Shown here: positions 62,701 to 64,000 of the stretch, piece after piece
How the letters are laid out: the number at the start of each line of letters is the position of its first letter
How positions within the stretch are numbered: position 1 is the first letter of the stretch
NCBI GenBank assembly: GCA_043228905.1
Contig: JBHGNT010000016.1
Coordinates: 16,182,001 to 16,246,000 of the forward strand
Origin: Azolla caroliniana
Lineage: Eukaryota; Plantae; Polypodiophyta
Length of the DNA: 64,000 nt
Direction of reading: 5' to 3'
Made by a program: the position numbers and the translations under genes
The notes under the pieces: model-generated
Database searches by the model: none
What the model saw: only the letters and a program-made list of their open reading frames with translations
Told to the model about the DNA's origin: nothing

Positions 62701-64000
62701 TTCAGCCTATGCCAGTCCCAAATGTAAAGAAAATACCTAAGTGGGCTCAACAACTTTTCAATGACCGAACTCCTAAAGTTGAGTTTCCTGAAACTTCAAC
62801 TGATGGATTACGAAGATCAAGAAGAATACAGGAGCAAGGGAGAACCTCTGACCACATTGTCAACATGGCTCTGATGGTGGACATCATAGACTCAGTGAGT
62901 GAGCCGACCTCGGTGGAGGAAGCCATGGCCGACCCGAAGTGGAAAGAGGCAATGATATCAGAATATGATAGCATCATGAAAAATGACACATGGGAGTTGG
63001 TAGAGAGGCCAACAAAGAAGAAGGTGATAGGCAGGAAGTGGGTGTGGAAAGTAAAGTATAAAGCTGATGGTTCTTTGGAGAAATTCAAGGCCAGGCTAGT
63101 AGGCCAAGGATACTCCCAAATTGAAGGGTTCGATGTACATGAAACATTTGCCCCGACAGCTCGCATGACAACAATTCGAATGGTCATAGCGTTGGTTGCT
63201 TCAAGAGGATGGCTGATTTACCAAATGGATGTCAAATCGGCATTTCTGAATGGGCATCTCAAGGAGGAGGTATACATGACGCAACCACTAAGGTTTGAGA
63301 TGCCGAATTCAGAAAACAAAGTATGCAAGCTGAAGAAGGCGTTGTATGGTCTAAAGTAAGCACCAAGAGCTTGGAACAAGAGGATAGACAACTTCTTACG
63401 ATCAATCGACTTTAAGCAATGTGCTTCAGATGCAAGTATGTATGTCAAAATGAAGGATGGGAAACAAGTCATCATCATCATTTACGTGGATGATCTAGTA
63501 CTTATTGGTGACCATGAAGAGTGCATTGGCCAAACACAAGAGTGTTTGAAAACTAAGTTTGAAATGACAGACTTGGGGATTCTACACTACTTCCTTGGAA
63601 TTGAGGTTTGGCAAACTTCGGTTGGCATCTTCATGTCACAAAGAAAGTATGCAACAGAGATCTTGAAGACCTTTGGGATGTTGGACAACAAGTCAAAGTC
63701 GACTCCAATGGAGTCAAACTGCAAACTATCCCAAGAAGACCCATCACCAATGGTTGACATAAGGAAGTATAGACAACTAGTAGGAAGTCTAATTTTCCTA
63801 TGCAACACTAGGTCGGATATTTGTTTTGAAGTCAGTGTGGTGAGTCAATTCAGCAACAAGCCGAAGGAGACTCATTGGAAAGCTGCTCTTCGTGTATTAA
63901 AGTAAATTGTTGGTACTTTAAATTACGGAATCTTCTAAAAGCCAACAATTGACGAACTTAGTGGGTATTGCGACTCCGATTGGGCTCGAGATACTGATTC
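59701..64000 (+). mobile_element. Ty1/copia element: 5' LTR, tRNA-iMet PBS and gag-pol with premature stops; runs off the window
   Basis: LTR TGTTAG...CTAACA at 59701-60330. PBS TGGTATCAGAGC at 60331-60342. DGTNYTLWK, CFYCDKKGHTIKDC, ILDSGAS, WHERFGH, SDRGGEF, QMDVKSAFL, IYVDDL. Confidence 0.95.

Overview
Land-plant nuclear DNA, probably from a non-seed plant (inferred from the TE types). About 85% is a deep nest of mostly decayed LTR retrotransposons: several Ty1/copia elements, two chromoviruses, a young Trp-primed Ty3/gypsy with a 4-bp TSD, and a non-autonomous Tat-like element. There is also an RTE-type LINE and one intact host gene, a 4-exon GDSL esterase/lipase (51773-54285). The most notable signal is a candidate DNA-transposon family present in two diverged copies (about 30750-35849 and 46901-50800). 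It has CAC...GTG bipartite termini, an internal array of 45-53 bp palindromes, and an intron-containing gene that fuses a ParB/Srx-like domain to a bacterial-type beta-class amino (N6A/N4C) DNA methyltransferase. Both copies here are pseudogenised. Other oddities are an LTR element with inward-facing tRNA-Arg primer sites at both ends and a captured VID27/CYPRO4 gene fragment, and antisense tRNA-like Pol III cassettes in the LTRs of three different gypsy families. All calls come from reading the sequence by eye; no database search was run.
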